From Vulcanimicrobiales bacterium (GTDB lineage: Bacteria > Vulcanimicrobiota > Vulcanimicrobiia > Vulcanimicrobiales > Vulcanimicrobiaceae), in contig JBBRLI010000012.1 in NCBI GenBank assembly GCA_038231455.1, positions 1-64,000 of the forward strand: a DNA stretch of 64,000 nucleotides. Reading direction: 5' to 3'. Of this stretch, positions 50,956 to 60,888 are shown one piece after another; the stretch's first letter is position 1, and each line of letters starts with the position of its first letter. The translations under genes and the position numbers were made by a program. The notes below the pieces were generated by a model. It was not told the origin of the DNA. It was given only the letters and a program-made list of their open reading frames with translations, and did not search any database.

Positions 50956-52086
50956 ATGAACCCGCTCGATGCTGTAAGGGATCCCGATCCGTATCCGTAC
51001 TACGCAGACCTCGTTGCTCGCGGCGGTTTGATCCGCGATGGGGCGCTTGGCATTTGGATCGCCGCCGACGCGGCGAGCGTGACGCGCGTACTGCAGGATG
51101 CGACGCTCGCCGTGCGCCCGGCAGCGGAAAAAATTCCTGCGACGCTCGCTGGGTCGCGCGCAGGCGAAATCTTCGGCACCTTCATGCGGATGGACGATTC
51201 GCCTCGGCACGACCAAACGCGCGAAGCACTCGAGTCGACGCTCCCAGTCGCAACCCCAACCATCGTGCGTACGACCGCGGCACGCTTCGCAACCGAGGCG
51301 ATCGCCGCGCCGGTCGACTTCGATGGCCTTGCGTTTCGCATGCCGATCTACACGATCGCAACGCTGCTCGGAATTCCGCACGACGACCTCGCGGATGTCC
51401 TTACGTGGACGCGCGCCTTCGTTCGCGCAGCTGCACCCGGCGCCTCAACAACTGAGATCGCCGAAGGCAGCAAAGGCGGCGAGGCCCTCTTCTCGCTCTT
51501 CACCGCGCAACTCGAAGACGCGACGGTGCGCGGCGTGTTGCTGCCGAAATTCGTGCAGAACCTCGAACAGGCGGGCGGACGTCAACGCGATGCGATCGCA
51601 AACGCGATCGGGCTGCTCTTCCAAACCTGCGATGCGACGGCCGGACTCATCGGCAACACGATCGTGCGGTTGCAGAACGATCCGGCGCTGCTCCGGCGAT
51701 TGCATCACGAATACGCGTTGCTGCCGAAGACCGTTGCGGAGATTCTCCGCTGGGATTCGCCCGTCCAGAATACGCGCCGCTTCGTGACGCGGGCGCTAAA
51801 AATCGGCACGATCGAGGTCAAGCCGGGCGAAACGATCCTTGCCGTACTCGCCGCTGCAAACCGCGATCCACTCGCAAACGAGCATCCGCAAACGTTCGAT
51901 CCGGAGCGAACGACACGGCGCACCTTCACGTTCGGCTCGGGGACGCACGCGTGTCCGGGCGAACGGATCGCGCTGACCATTGCCGAGGCCGCACTGCGTG
52001 CGCTGCTGGAGAGCGGAGCGTCAATTACGCGGACGTATACCTACCAGCCCTCGGTCAACGCGCGTATCCCGCTCTTTGGAACCTAG
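50956..52086 (+). CDS. Cytochrome P450
   Basis: EILR (ExxR), AANRDP, FDPER, FGSGTHACPG. Confidence 0.92.
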   Translation: MNPLDAVRDPDPYPYYADLVARGGLIRDGALGIWIAADAASVTRVLQDATLAVRPAAEKIPATLAGSRAGEIFGTFMRMDDSPRHDQTREALESTLPVATPTIVRTTAARFATEAIAAPVDFDGLAFRMPIYTIATLLGIPHDDLADVLTWTRAFVRAAAPGASTTEIAEGSKGGEALFSLFTAQLEDATVRGVLLPKFVQNLEQAGGRQRDAIANAIGLLFQTCDATAGLIGNTIVRLQNDPALLRRLHHEYALLPKTVAEILRWDSPVQNTRRFVTRALKIGTIEVKPGETILAVLAAANRDPLANEHPQTFDPERTTRRTFTFGSGTHACPGERIALTIAEAALRALLESGASITRTYTYQPSVNARIPLFGT

Positions 52087-53333
52087 AGCGCGAGCAGCGC
52101 GCCTTGCCGGGCGAGTTCATCGCGCACGTTTTTCGATGCGACGGAGCCGGAACGCGCTTGTTCGGCGGCAGCGACACCGGCGGCTTGACCGGTGGCAAAG
52201 GCGGTCCCCATGACGCGTAACGATGCTCCCGCGTACTGGTCGCCGTCGGCCGTGCGCCCTGCGGCGTAGAGATTATCGGTATCGCGGCTCTGCAGGCTGC
52301 GCAGGGGAATATCGTACGACTCGCCGTTACGAATCGTGAACCACGTGCTGCCTGCCGCGACCTCGGGATGATATTCCATCGGCCACGTTCCGAGCGCAAC
52401 GCCGTCATCGAAGCGCGCGCCGGTGGCGACATCGTCGCGCGTCATTTGGTAGCGCGCGTTGATATGGCGTGACTCGCGCGTGCCGATATCCGGACCGGTA
52501 GCGGTAAGATAGGCACGTTCGTATCCCGGCATTGCTTTGATCGCGGTAAGATACGCCCACGCTTGCTCGCGCCCATGTCGTTCGGCATGCGAGATGCTGC
52601 GGCTATCGCGCGCATCATACGATTCGTCGATCACGAGCGCCACGATGTCGTTCGAGAGCGGAACGCGCCCGAGAAATCCGGTCTCGCTCGCAAGCGGGGC
52701 GACGCCGCGGGCTTTCGCCGCGCGAATCGCGTGCGACCACGACTCCGGTTCGACCACGACGCTGGGATCGACGCCGCCGATGCGGATCGCGAGCGTTCCA
52801 ATGTTGATGAAGCCGTGGTTGCCGTAGCGCGTCGACGCGCCGCCGAAGTAGGCAAGATCGCAGTCGCCGCTCGCATCGACGAATGTCGACGCCGTTAGTT
52901 CGCGTGGTCCGTTGCGATCGTGCACGACGATGCTGGTCATCCGCTCGCCACTGCGGGTCGCGGAGATCATCGTCGTGTGCAGCAGCACATCGACGCCCGC
53001 GGCAACACACACGCGGTCGAGCGCGACCTTCGCGGCCTCGGGATCGAAGAGCACGATGACGCCACGAAACCGGGTCGGCTCCGAGAGCGCGCTCATCGCG
53101 CGCAGTTCGGCGAGCACGGATTCAGCGACGCCGAAGACGGCTTGGCGCGGCGCGTCGCCGCACGTATAGAGTCCGCAGTATGAGAGGACGTTCTTCATCG
53201 TCGCGGCTCCCCCAAGGCAGCCACTGGACTCGACCAAGAGAACGCGGGCACCCGTCTGTCGGGCCCCGATCGCCGCCCCGACGCCAGCGGCACCGCCGCC
53301 GACGACGATCACGTCGAAATGATCTTCACGCAC
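52083..53333 (-). CDS. FAD-dependent oxidoreductase
   Basis: DVIVVGGGAAG, VDASGDCD, RESRHI, YDIPLRSL, AAGR; GTG start. Confidence 0.88.
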   Translation of the reverse strand: MREDHFDVIVVGGGAAGVGAAIGARQTGARVLLVESSGCLGGAATMKNVLSYCGLYTCGDAPRQAVFGVAESVLAELRAMSALSEPTRFRGVIVLFDPEAAKVALDRVCVAAGVDVLLHTTMISATRSGERMTSIVVHDRNGPRELTASTFVDASGDCDLAYFGGASTRYGNHGFINIGTLAIRIGGVDPSVVVEPESWSHAIRAAKARGVAPLASETGFLGRVPLSNDIVALVIDESYDARDSRSISHAERHGREQAWAYLTAIKAMPGYERAYLTATGPDIGTRESRHINARYQMTRDDVATGARFDDGVALGTWPMEYHPEVAAGSTWFTIRNGESYDIPLRSLQSRDTDNLYAAGRTADGDQYAGASLRVMGTAFATGQAAGVAAAEQARSGSVASKNVRDELARQGALLAL

Positions 53334-53427
53334 TGTACAAGCGTACAAGCGTTCTCCGAGACGGGCCAGCCCTCTCTTGTGGTACAAGTGGCAGTGGTAG
53401 GAAAGCGCAATCGCGAACGTCGACCAC

Positions 53428-54315
53428 GTGGACTTTACCCATGACGACGAGCGCCGGCAAGAGCTTACCGCCTTTCTCCGCAGCCGTCGGGCCCGCTTGC
53501 GACCGGACGAGGTTGGACTGCCCGCAACGCGCGGTCGGCGTCGGGCCCCCGGACTGCGGCGCGAAGAAGTCGCGGCGATCGCCGGTATGAGCGTGAACTG
53601 GTACACGCTCTTTGAGACCGGTAAAAACGATTCGATCTCGGCCAAAGCCGTCGCCGACGTTGCCCGCGCGCTGCAGCTCAGCGTCCGCGAACGGCAACAT
53701 TTGGCGGCCCTTGCCCGCGTCACGCTCGAACCGCTCGATCCGCTTGCAGCGCCCCCCTCGGCCGGAATCATCGCCGTCCTCGACGATCTCCGGACGACGC
53801 CGGCCGTCGTCTGGAATCGCCGCCGCGATGCGCTCGCGTGGAACGGCCTCTTCGGGACCATCTTCGATTACTCAGCAACGAGTTCGGCTTGGAAACGCAA
53901 CGGCGTCTGGCGCATCTTCAACGACCCCTCGCGGCGCGTGGTCTGGCCCGATTGGGACGGAGCGGCGCGGCGTTCGTGTTCGGCTTTACGCTGGCAGTTC
54001 GCGCGCGAACCCGAACTTGTGAAAGCCCTGATGGACGAACTGCGAACCAATGCGGACTTTCAGCGCCACTGGGCGGCCGATGACGGCGTGACCGATTGGA
54101 TGCACGAGCCGGAATTGCCGCTCGTGGTCGGCCGCGCGCACGGCGAGCCGCTACGCTTTTTGCAGTCGACGCTCGCGACGCCCGAATCGGGGACACATCT
54201 CGTGCAGTTTTACACCCCGGCGGACGACGCGACGCGCAGCGCCATTTTGCGACTCACGGTCCGCGAGGGAGCGGCGTTCCAATCGGGAACGCTTCCGCAT
54301 TCGCCGTCTGCTTGA
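53428..54315 (+). CDS. XRE-family regulator with MmyB-like ligand-binding domain
   Basis: ELTAFLRSRRARLRP, RRRAPGLRREEVA, LAWN, YTPAD. Confidence 0.9.
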   Translation: MDFTHDDERRQELTAFLRSRRARLRPDEVGLPATRGRRRAPGLRREEVAAIAGMSVNWYTLFETGKNDSISAKAVADVARALQLSVRERQHLAALARVTLEPLDPLAAPPSAGIIAVLDDLRTTPAVVWNRRRDALAWNGLFGTIFDYSATSSAWKRNGVWRIFNDPSRRVVWPDWDGAARRSCSALRWQFAREPELVKALMDELRTNADFQRHWAADDGVTDWMHEPELPLVVGRAHGEPLRFLQSTLATPESGTHLVQFYTPADDATRSAILRLTVREGAAFQSGTLPHSPSA

Positions 54316-54394
54316 GACGGCACGGGGAGCGAGCCCACCGGGCCGTGCTCGAACTCCGGCTGCACGACGGCTCGCGTAAGTGGAGAATACCCGA

Positions 54395-54502
54395 ATGGAT
54401 ACCTCGAGCGTATTTCCGATCTGGACCTGGCTGCTCGTCGGTGGCGCCGTGCTCGCCGCAATTGGTTGCTTCGCCGCAATGGGCGCCGTCAAAAAAACCT
54501 AG
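54395..54502 (+). CDS. Small single-pass membrane protein (35 aa)
   Basis: MDTSSVFPIWTWLLVGGAVLAAIGCFAAMGAVKKT; GGAG upstream; terminator follows. Confidence 0.55.
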   Translation: MDTSSVFPIWTWLLVGGAVLAAIGCFAAMGAVKKT

Positions 54503-54523
54503 TCGTTCGATCGTCGAATCACG

Positions 54524-54555
54524 AGCCGACTCACCACGAGTCGGCTTTTTCTTTT
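54524..54555 (+). terminator. Intrinsic terminator
   Basis: agccgactc-accac-gagtcggct followed by T-tract. Confidence 0.85.
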
Positions 54556-55226
54556 CAGCGCGTCGCTTGAACGGGCATGCCGCGCGAGAATGCAGCAAAA
54601 TCCGGGACCGCCGCAAGCGTGATGCCGAGCGGTTCGGCGAGCGTGTTCGTTTCGATTTCGAACGCGAGCGACTCCAGCTGCCAGGGTGCGTGCTTAATAT
54701 CCCCGCGAACGATCCGACCGCGACGTTCGACAAAGAAGTGATAGCGTTCGTGCAAGAACGCGACGAGCGAATGCGGCGGGACGAGAATGGCATCGTGCAG
54801 TGGTCGGTACGTCGCGCGAAACCGCACGTGCGGCTCGCCGCGATGCGTGCGCCGGCTCGTGTACGAAATGATGCCGTCCGTTTCGGACGTGTCGATGGCC
54901 GCATCGAAGTACGGTAAGCCGGTCGTCACGCGTGCTGCACGAACCGCAAGCCAACTCGCCGCGTCCAAGCTAAAAAAGTAGACCGCGCGTCGATCTCCCA
55001 CGCGCACGTACGTGCGTAGATTGATCTCGTGCACGTCGGCGAATCCCGGCAAAACGGGCGTTCCCGCGGGATGGACGCCCGTCATCCGAAACGGGACGAC
55101 CGAAAGCCAAGCCGACCCCTCGAACGTGTCGAGCGTCAGACCGGGTGGAATCGCCGCCTCAATTCGCGTCGGATCGATGCGCCAATGCGCGAATGCGACG
55201 TCGCGCCACTGCATCTCGAGTTTCAC
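54555..55226 (-). CDS. YqjF/DUF2071 family protein
   Basis: MQWRDVAFAHW, SVVPFRM, EINLRTYV, YFFSLDA, FLHERY, HAPW. Confidence 0.88.
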   Translation of the reverse strand: MKLEMQWRDVAFAHWRIDPTRIEAAIPPGLTLDTFEGSAWLSVVPFRMTGVHPAGTPVLPGFADVHEINLRTYVRVGDRRAVYFFSLDAASWLAVRAARVTTGLPYFDAAIDTSETDGIISYTSRRTHRGEPHVRFRATYRPLHDAILVPPHSLVAFLHERYHFFVERRGRIVRGDIKHAPWQLESLAFEIETNTLAEPLGITLAAVPDFAAFSRGMPVQATR

Positions 55227-55230
55227 GAAT

Positions 55231-57261
55231 TTACCAGACGGAGCAGACGGGTTTCGGCGGCTTCGGGCAGTTGAACGCCGCGTACCATTCCGGAACATCG
55301 GCAAGGGTCACGTTGATGCGGTCGCGCGGAATCGGATGCGGATCGGTCAGCGCCTGACGTTTTGCTGCTTCGGGCCGAACCGACTCGGTCCACGACTGAC
55401 CGTAGGCAAGAAAATAGCGCTGTTCGGGCGTGAACCCATCCGCTTTTTCGTGCGGCTTGCCAACAAGCGACGACTCGAGCGCGCGATACCCGATGACGAC
55501 GCCGCCGAGATCCGCGATCGCTTCGCCCGAAACGAGGCGACCTTGATAGTGCGTCGTACCGACGGCTACGGTGTTATCGAACTGCTTGATCACGCAGTTC
55601 GCACGCGCGGTAAATTGCGTGAGATCTTTTGCGGTCCACCAATTGGTGAGATTCCCGTTCCGATCGAACTTGTGCCCTTGATCGTCGAAGCCATGCGTCA
55701 TCTCGTGACCGACGGTGCCGGCACCGGTCGCGCCGAGATTATCCGGGTCGGGTGCGGCCGCATCGAAGAACGGTCGCTGCAACTGCGCGGCCGGCAGCAC
55801 GATTTCGTTGCGCTGCGTATCGTTATACGCATTAACGGTTTGCGGAGTCATATTCCAGAGCGTTTTGTTGAGCGGTTTGCCGATCTGCGCGAGTTGGTAC
55901 GCGCGTTCGAACGTGCGACCGCGCTCGACGTTGGCAAAGAGCGCTGTGGGTTCGACCGAATACGCCGCATAACTGCGCCACCGGTCGGGATATCCGACCT
56001 TGAGGCCCATCGCATCGAGTTTGGCAATCGCGACGCGCTTGGTCGCGGGAGTCATCCACGCAAGCGAGGCCATCTCCGCGCGGTAGGCTGCGCGAATGCG
56101 CACCGTCATATCGAGCGCACGTTGTTTTGCCTCGGGCGGAAACGTCTTTGCGACGTACGCTTTGCCGACCGCTTCGCCAAGCAGCGCACTGGTGAGATTC
56201 ACGCAGCGTTTCCAGCGCGGCAACTGCTCTTTTGCGCCGCCGAGAATCTTGCCGTTAAACGCGAAGTTCTCGGCCTCGAACGCCTTTGGCAGCACGGTTG
56301 AGGTCGAATCGAGCAGGCGCCAACGCAGGTAGGCACGCCACTGCGCGAGCGGAGCGGTCGCAACGGCGCGGTCGAACGTGCGCACGAACCCCGGCTCGGC
56401 GACATTGAACGAACCACTCGAGGGGACGCCGGCAGCGGCAAGATACGAACGCAGCGCAAGATGGGGCGCGAGTGCCGCAACACCGCCGAGGAGCATCGGA
56501 TGGTACACGGCTTCAGGCGAGCGTAAATCCGCAGCAGCCGTCGAACCGCGCGCGAGCACGGTTTCGAATGCCATGATCGCAGCAGCGTCGCTGGCCGCAG
56601 CGCTATCGCCCGCGAGGGCAAGCGTTTTTGCGACATGCGTAACGTACTGCGTGCGCAATTTACGCGATTCCGCATCGGCGCGCAAATAATAATCGCGTTC
56701 GGGCAAGCCGATCCCACCTTGATCGACTTCCGCAATCACGCGTCGACTATCTTTGTAGTCTTGCGTCGGCGAAATCCCAAAGCCCGCATCTACCCCGATC
56801 GTCTGCAGGCGTGCGAGTTCGGCCCCGATCTGCGCGCGCGCGGTGAGCGCGTCGATGCGCGCGAGTTCCGGCGCGAGCGGATGGAGACCGGCGCGTTCGA
56901 TGCTCGCGGTATCCATACACGACCCGTAGAAACCACCGATCTTTTGGGTCTCGCTCCCCGCATCGCCGGGTTCCTTTGCTGCCGCTTCCAGCGTCTCGCG
57001 CACGATGCCGCGCGTCGTATCGACTAACTGTTCGATATAGCCGTACTCCGTGTACGCGGCGGGAATGGGATGGTTCTTCCGCCACGTCCCGGTCGCATAG
57101 CCAAAGAAGTCTTTGCAGGCGTTGACGCTCGTGTCCATTTGCGCGGGATCGAACGGCGCCGCGAGTTCCGCATCGGCCCCCGCGGGGCCGTGCGCGTGGA
57201 CAACGGCAAGCCCGCCGCAAACGGCGAGGGCAAGGGCGAAGCGAACGATGGATTGACGCAT
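55231..57261 (-). CDS. M13 family metallopeptidase (PepO/neprilysin-like), exported
   Basis: CKDFF, VNAY, GHEMTHGFDDQG, GEAIADLGG, TDPH. Confidence 0.95.
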   Translation of the reverse strand: MRQSIVRFALALAVCGGLAVVHAHGPAGADAELAAPFDPAQMDTSVNACKDFFGYATGTWRKNHPIPAAYTEYGYIEQLVDTTRGIVRETLEAAAKEPGDAGSETQKIGGFYGSCMDTASIERAGLHPLAPELARIDALTARAQIGAELARLQTIGVDAGFGISPTQDYKDSRRVIAEVDQGGIGLPERDYYLRADAESRKLRTQYVTHVAKTLALAGDSAAASDAAAIMAFETVLARGSTAAADLRSPEAVYHPMLLGGVAALAPHLALRSYLAAAGVPSSGSFNVAEPGFVRTFDRAVATAPLAQWRAYLRWRLLDSTSTVLPKAFEAENFAFNGKILGGAKEQLPRWKRCVNLTSALLGEAVGKAYVAKTFPPEAKQRALDMTVRIRAAYRAEMASLAWMTPATKRVAIAKLDAMGLKVGYPDRWRSYAAYSVEPTALFANVERGRTFERAYQLAQIGKPLNKTLWNMTPQTVNAYNDTQRNEIVLPAAQLQRPFFDAAAPDPDNLGATGAGTVGHEMTHGFDDQGHKFDRNGNLTNWWTAKDLTQFTARANCVIKQFDNTVAVGTTHYQGRLVSGEAIADLGGVVIGYRALESSLVGKPHEKADGFTPEQRYFLAYGQSWTESVRPEAAKRQALTDPHPIPRDRINVTLADVPEWYAAFNCPKPPKPVCSVW

Positions 57262-57382
57262 ACCCGCCCGAGCGTTCGCGGCCGGACGGCGCCGTTCCGT
57301 GCGTCCGGTTGCAACACGTGCCGACCCCACAATGCTCCAAATGGCCCGAGGACTCGAGCACCGCCCTCATAATTTCGGACGT

Positions 57383-58813
57383 ATGGCTAATGAACTGCGC
57401 GATTTTCTCATGCTTTCGTACACCGAGCTCGAAGAGCTCAACCTTGCGGCCAAAGACGACCGTAAGAACCGCGTCCCCGAGGCGAAGATCGCCGAGAAGC
57501 GGATGAAGTATCTCGCGGGAGAGACGCGCATCAAGGCGGTCACCGTGCTCTTCACCGACCTCGAAGGTCGGCTGCACATGCTGGACTACGACAAGAAGTT
57601 CTTGCTCAAGTCCGCCGACAATTTGACGTTCGACGGATCGTCGATCCGTGGATTTACGCCGCAGCGCGAAAGCGATCTGCGCTTGGCGCTCGACTGGAGT
57701 GCGTTCTACTGGGCCCCCGGCGACATTTTCGGCGCCGGGAAAGTTATGGTCTTCGGCGAGGTCCTCGACCGCGACGGCTCGATCTTCCCGGGCGACATCC
57801 GCGGCAAGCTCAAGAAGCTCTCGAAGGACCAGTTCGAGAAAAACGGCTACACGCTCAACGCCGCAAACGAAATCGAAGGCTTCGTTTTCGAAGGCCTCGA
57901 TGCAGAGCGCAACTATCACAAAACGGGCAAATTCGAATATGTGAACACCGGCGGCTACTACCACTCGCTCCCCGGCGACAAACTCCGTCTCTTCATCGAT
58001 ACCGTAGCCGAAGTGCAGCGCGCGATGGGCTTCGAAAACGAAAAAGATCATCCGGAAGTCGCTCCGTCGCAGTTTGAAATCAACTACAGCTACGGCGAAG
58101 TGCTCATGGCCGCCGATCAGATTCAGCTCTACAAGTTGATCTGTCGCCAGGTCGCAACGACACTCGGTCTCTCGGTTAGTTTTCTTCCCAAACCCGTCGT
58201 CGGCGTCAACGGCAGCGGCATGCACACCAACGTCTCGATTTCCAAGAACGGCAAGAATCTGTTTTGGGATCCCAAAGGCGAAGAAAAAGTTAGCGCAATG
58301 GCGTGGGGCTTTATCGATAAAATTCTGACTGCGGGTAACGATATTTGCCTGATGCTCAATGCAAGCGTCAACTCATATCGTCGACTCGATCCGCACTTCG
58401 AAGCGCCGAATCAGATTAAAGCCTCAGCCGTCGATCGGGGCTCGATGATCCGCATTCCGATCGGCAACGAACGTTCTGCGCGCGTCGAGGTTCGCTCGGT
58501 TGCGCCCGATGCCAATCCGTACATGGTTATGCTCGCGGTGTTCCAAACGGGGCTTGAAGGCACCGTGAGCAAGATCAAAAATCTGCGTCAGGCCGAACGG
58601 TATCTGCCGGATAACATCTACACGGCGCTCGATGACTTTCGTGCCTCGGAGTGGACGGCAAAGCTGCTTGGAGCGGATGTTAAAGAACGGTATGCAGAAC
58701 TCAAACAGGCGAGTGCCGATCGGTGCCCGCGACTGCTTGGCACTTTTGTGAAAGCGCAAGAAGTGCAGTATCATCACGAAGTTTACAATCAGTATCTTTG
58801 GAATTTGTTTTAA
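57383..58813 (+). CDS. glnA: Glutamine synthetase (type I-like)
   Basis: FDGSSIRGF, HPEVAPSQFE, FLPKP, NGSGMH, NSYRRL, EVRS.PDANPY. Confidence 0.9.
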   Translation: MANELRDFLMLSYTELEELNLAAKDDRKNRVPEAKIAEKRMKYLAGETRIKAVTVLFTDLEGRLHMLDYDKKFLLKSADNLTFDGSSIRGFTPQRESDLRLALDWSAFYWAPGDIFGAGKVMVFGEVLDRDGSIFPGDIRGKLKKLSKDQFEKNGYTLNAANEIEGFVFEGLDAERNYHKTGKFEYVNTGGYYHSLPGDKLRLFIDTVAEVQRAMGFENEKDHPEVAPSQFEINYSYGEVLMAADQIQLYKLICRQVATTLGLSVSFLPKPVVGVNGSGMHTNVSISKNGKNLFWDPKGEEKVSAMAWGFIDKILTAGNDICLMLNASVNSYRRLDPHFEAPNQIKASAVDRGSMIRIPIGNERSARVEVRSVAPDANPYMVMLAVFQTGLEGTVSKIKNLRQAERYLPDNIYTALDDFRASEWTAKLLGADVKERYAELKQASADRCPRLLGTFVKAQEVQYHHEVYNQYLWNLF

Positions 58814-58870
58814 GATCTGATTGTTCGTGGACTTGGAGGGTAGCGTCTGCTGCTCTCCTTTTTTATTGTG

Positions 58871-59022
58871 GCTGGGCGGGGATTGTATGCGGTTGCGGTG
58901 GGGACGCCCGCTATTTCACATCCATGTGAAATAGCTACTTGCCGACATTTTGCTCCCGCCCATCCTGGGCTCCGCAAAATGCTCGGACACCCCACCGCAA
59001 CCGCATACCATCCCCGCCTCAG
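58871..59022. repeat. Branched palindromic element (REP/MITE-like)
   Basis: 29-bp arms 58875-58903 and 58990-59018 (28/29 complementary) enclosing a perfect 12-bp hairpin (58910-58935) and a second hairpin (58942-58986). Confidence 0.85.
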
Positions 59023-59064
59023 TACGATTTTCTTTGTTCGCTTGGTTGGGTTTTCTATTTTTTT

Positions 59065-60731
59065 CTAGGTGCAGTTGTAGCCGGTTGCCAGTGGCGTTAT
59101 TCCTGAGGGTACGGTTCCGCCGGTTACTGTTGCGTTTATTGTTGGTGATCCGATGTTGGTGGTGACGTCATTATTGCTGTGTTTGCCGGCGTGGTAATGA
59201 TAGTGCCGGCGGGGATGCTCGTGTGCGTTGTTGCGTCGGTGTCGGTGATGGTGAAGCTTAGGGCGTTGCCATTTTTGTCCGAGTAGGGTTCTGCGCCGAC
59301 GATGAGCGCGCCCGATGCGTCTCGTGCTACGAGCTGAACCGTTGTTGTTAGGACGGATGCTCCCGGACATGGGGCGATGATTCCGATTGCAAAGGTTACT
59401 TTGTCGACGACTCCGTTTAGGGCTACTGCTAATTTGTTGACGGCGTTTGGTTGGACTAGAAGCGGGACCGTGTTTGTTTCGAGAATTTTTCCGGTTCCGC
59501 TGGCTCCGCCGATGGCGTTGTAGCCGGTGATCGTGACGTTTGATTGTCCGGCGGCGACGGTTAGCGTTGTCGGTCTGCAGGTTAACGGAAATCCGATACG
59601 GGCGACGTTGCCGGCGCTCTGCTCGCTGAACCAGACGGCTTGATCGGAGCCGAGCGTTGCGTAGATGACGCCGCTGCTAGCCGTCGGCGGGTTGAATGTG
59701 TTGAAGACGCCGCTGGTTGTGGCGCGAATGACCGTGTTGTTGTTGTAATCGGTCATGTAGAGCGCGCCGTCGGCGCCGACGATCATTTTAAAGATGAACG
59801 GAGTTGTGGCAGGGATCGGGTACGAGTTGGTGGTGATGCCCGCGTAGGTCATGCGGTTGAGCATCGTTGCGTCGGCATACCAGATTGCGTTATCGGGGCC
59901 GGCGACGATTGCGTTTCCGTTCTTCGGCACGCTGAATTCGGTTAGAACACCCGCGGTCGTTAATTTCCCGACTTTGCTGTTGTCTTCGGTGAACCAGATC
60001 GCGTTGTCGGTGCCCGTCGTTAGGGCGTAGGTATTGCCGCTCGTTGGATAGGTTCCGATTAGGGCTCCGGTGGCGTCGAGATGGAAAATGTTGGGTCCGG
60101 TATTTGTTGTCGAGGCGGTGAACGCGGAATACCAGAGCGTTTTGTCCGCCGTTGCAGTAAATTGCAGGGCTTGGTTTGCTACCGGAAGGATCGTTTCGGA
60201 AAACGTTGTTGTGATGTCGGTAATCGAACCGGTGTAGAGCCCGCCGACCCACAGGTTGTTGTCGGGGCCGACGATGATGTCTTGTGCGAGGCCGCTCGAA
60301 GTAAGGTTCGGCGTGCGCGCGTAGTTCGTGCCGTCGGTATCGATGTGCGAGATTGCACCGCCGTTGTCTTCGACGATCCAGAGTTTGCCGTCGGGGCCGT
60401 TGATGATGCCGCGCGGTTGGACGTACGACGAGTACAGAGGGTATTCGTTGATTGAGGGCTTGGTGCAATCGGCCGTGCATCCGGGCGTTCCCATGGCGAG
60501 ATTGACGTTGACCGGTGGGGCGGCGCCGACGGTTACGGCGATCGACTTTGTCTGCGGCGAGATGTAGGAGGCGTGTCGTTTTCCCGAATTGCTCGCTCGT
60601 GCCGGAATGGTGATGCTCACGGCAAGCGAACCGGTACCCGCCGGCTGCGGCGTAGCGGGGGCTGTCGTTCGCGTCGCGATAGACGCACCGCCTCCGCTGC
60701 ACCCGACGATGGCGAGAGAGAATCGCGGCAA
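59065..60731 (-). CDS. Vgb (virginiamycin B lyase)-like beta-propeller lipoprotein, probably frameshifted near the 3' end
   Basis: Repeats GPDGKLW, GPDNNLW, GTDNAIWFTE, GPDNAIW, GSDQAVWFSE; lipobox IVGC; listed ORF stops at 59136 while a Thr/Gly-rich tail runs in another frame to 59065. Confidence 0.7.
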
Positions 60732-60888
60732 TGGCGGTTCGACTTTGCACTTCGTAACCCTCAGGGCGGCTGACCAGACGGCGTAGGGCTTGCTCGTCTG
60801 GGGTGGGTGCACCCTCCGGGATCGCATTTCGACCGGGCTAACCGCCTAGAGCATGTGCTAGCTTCCTTATTTTTGGGTAACGGCGGTT

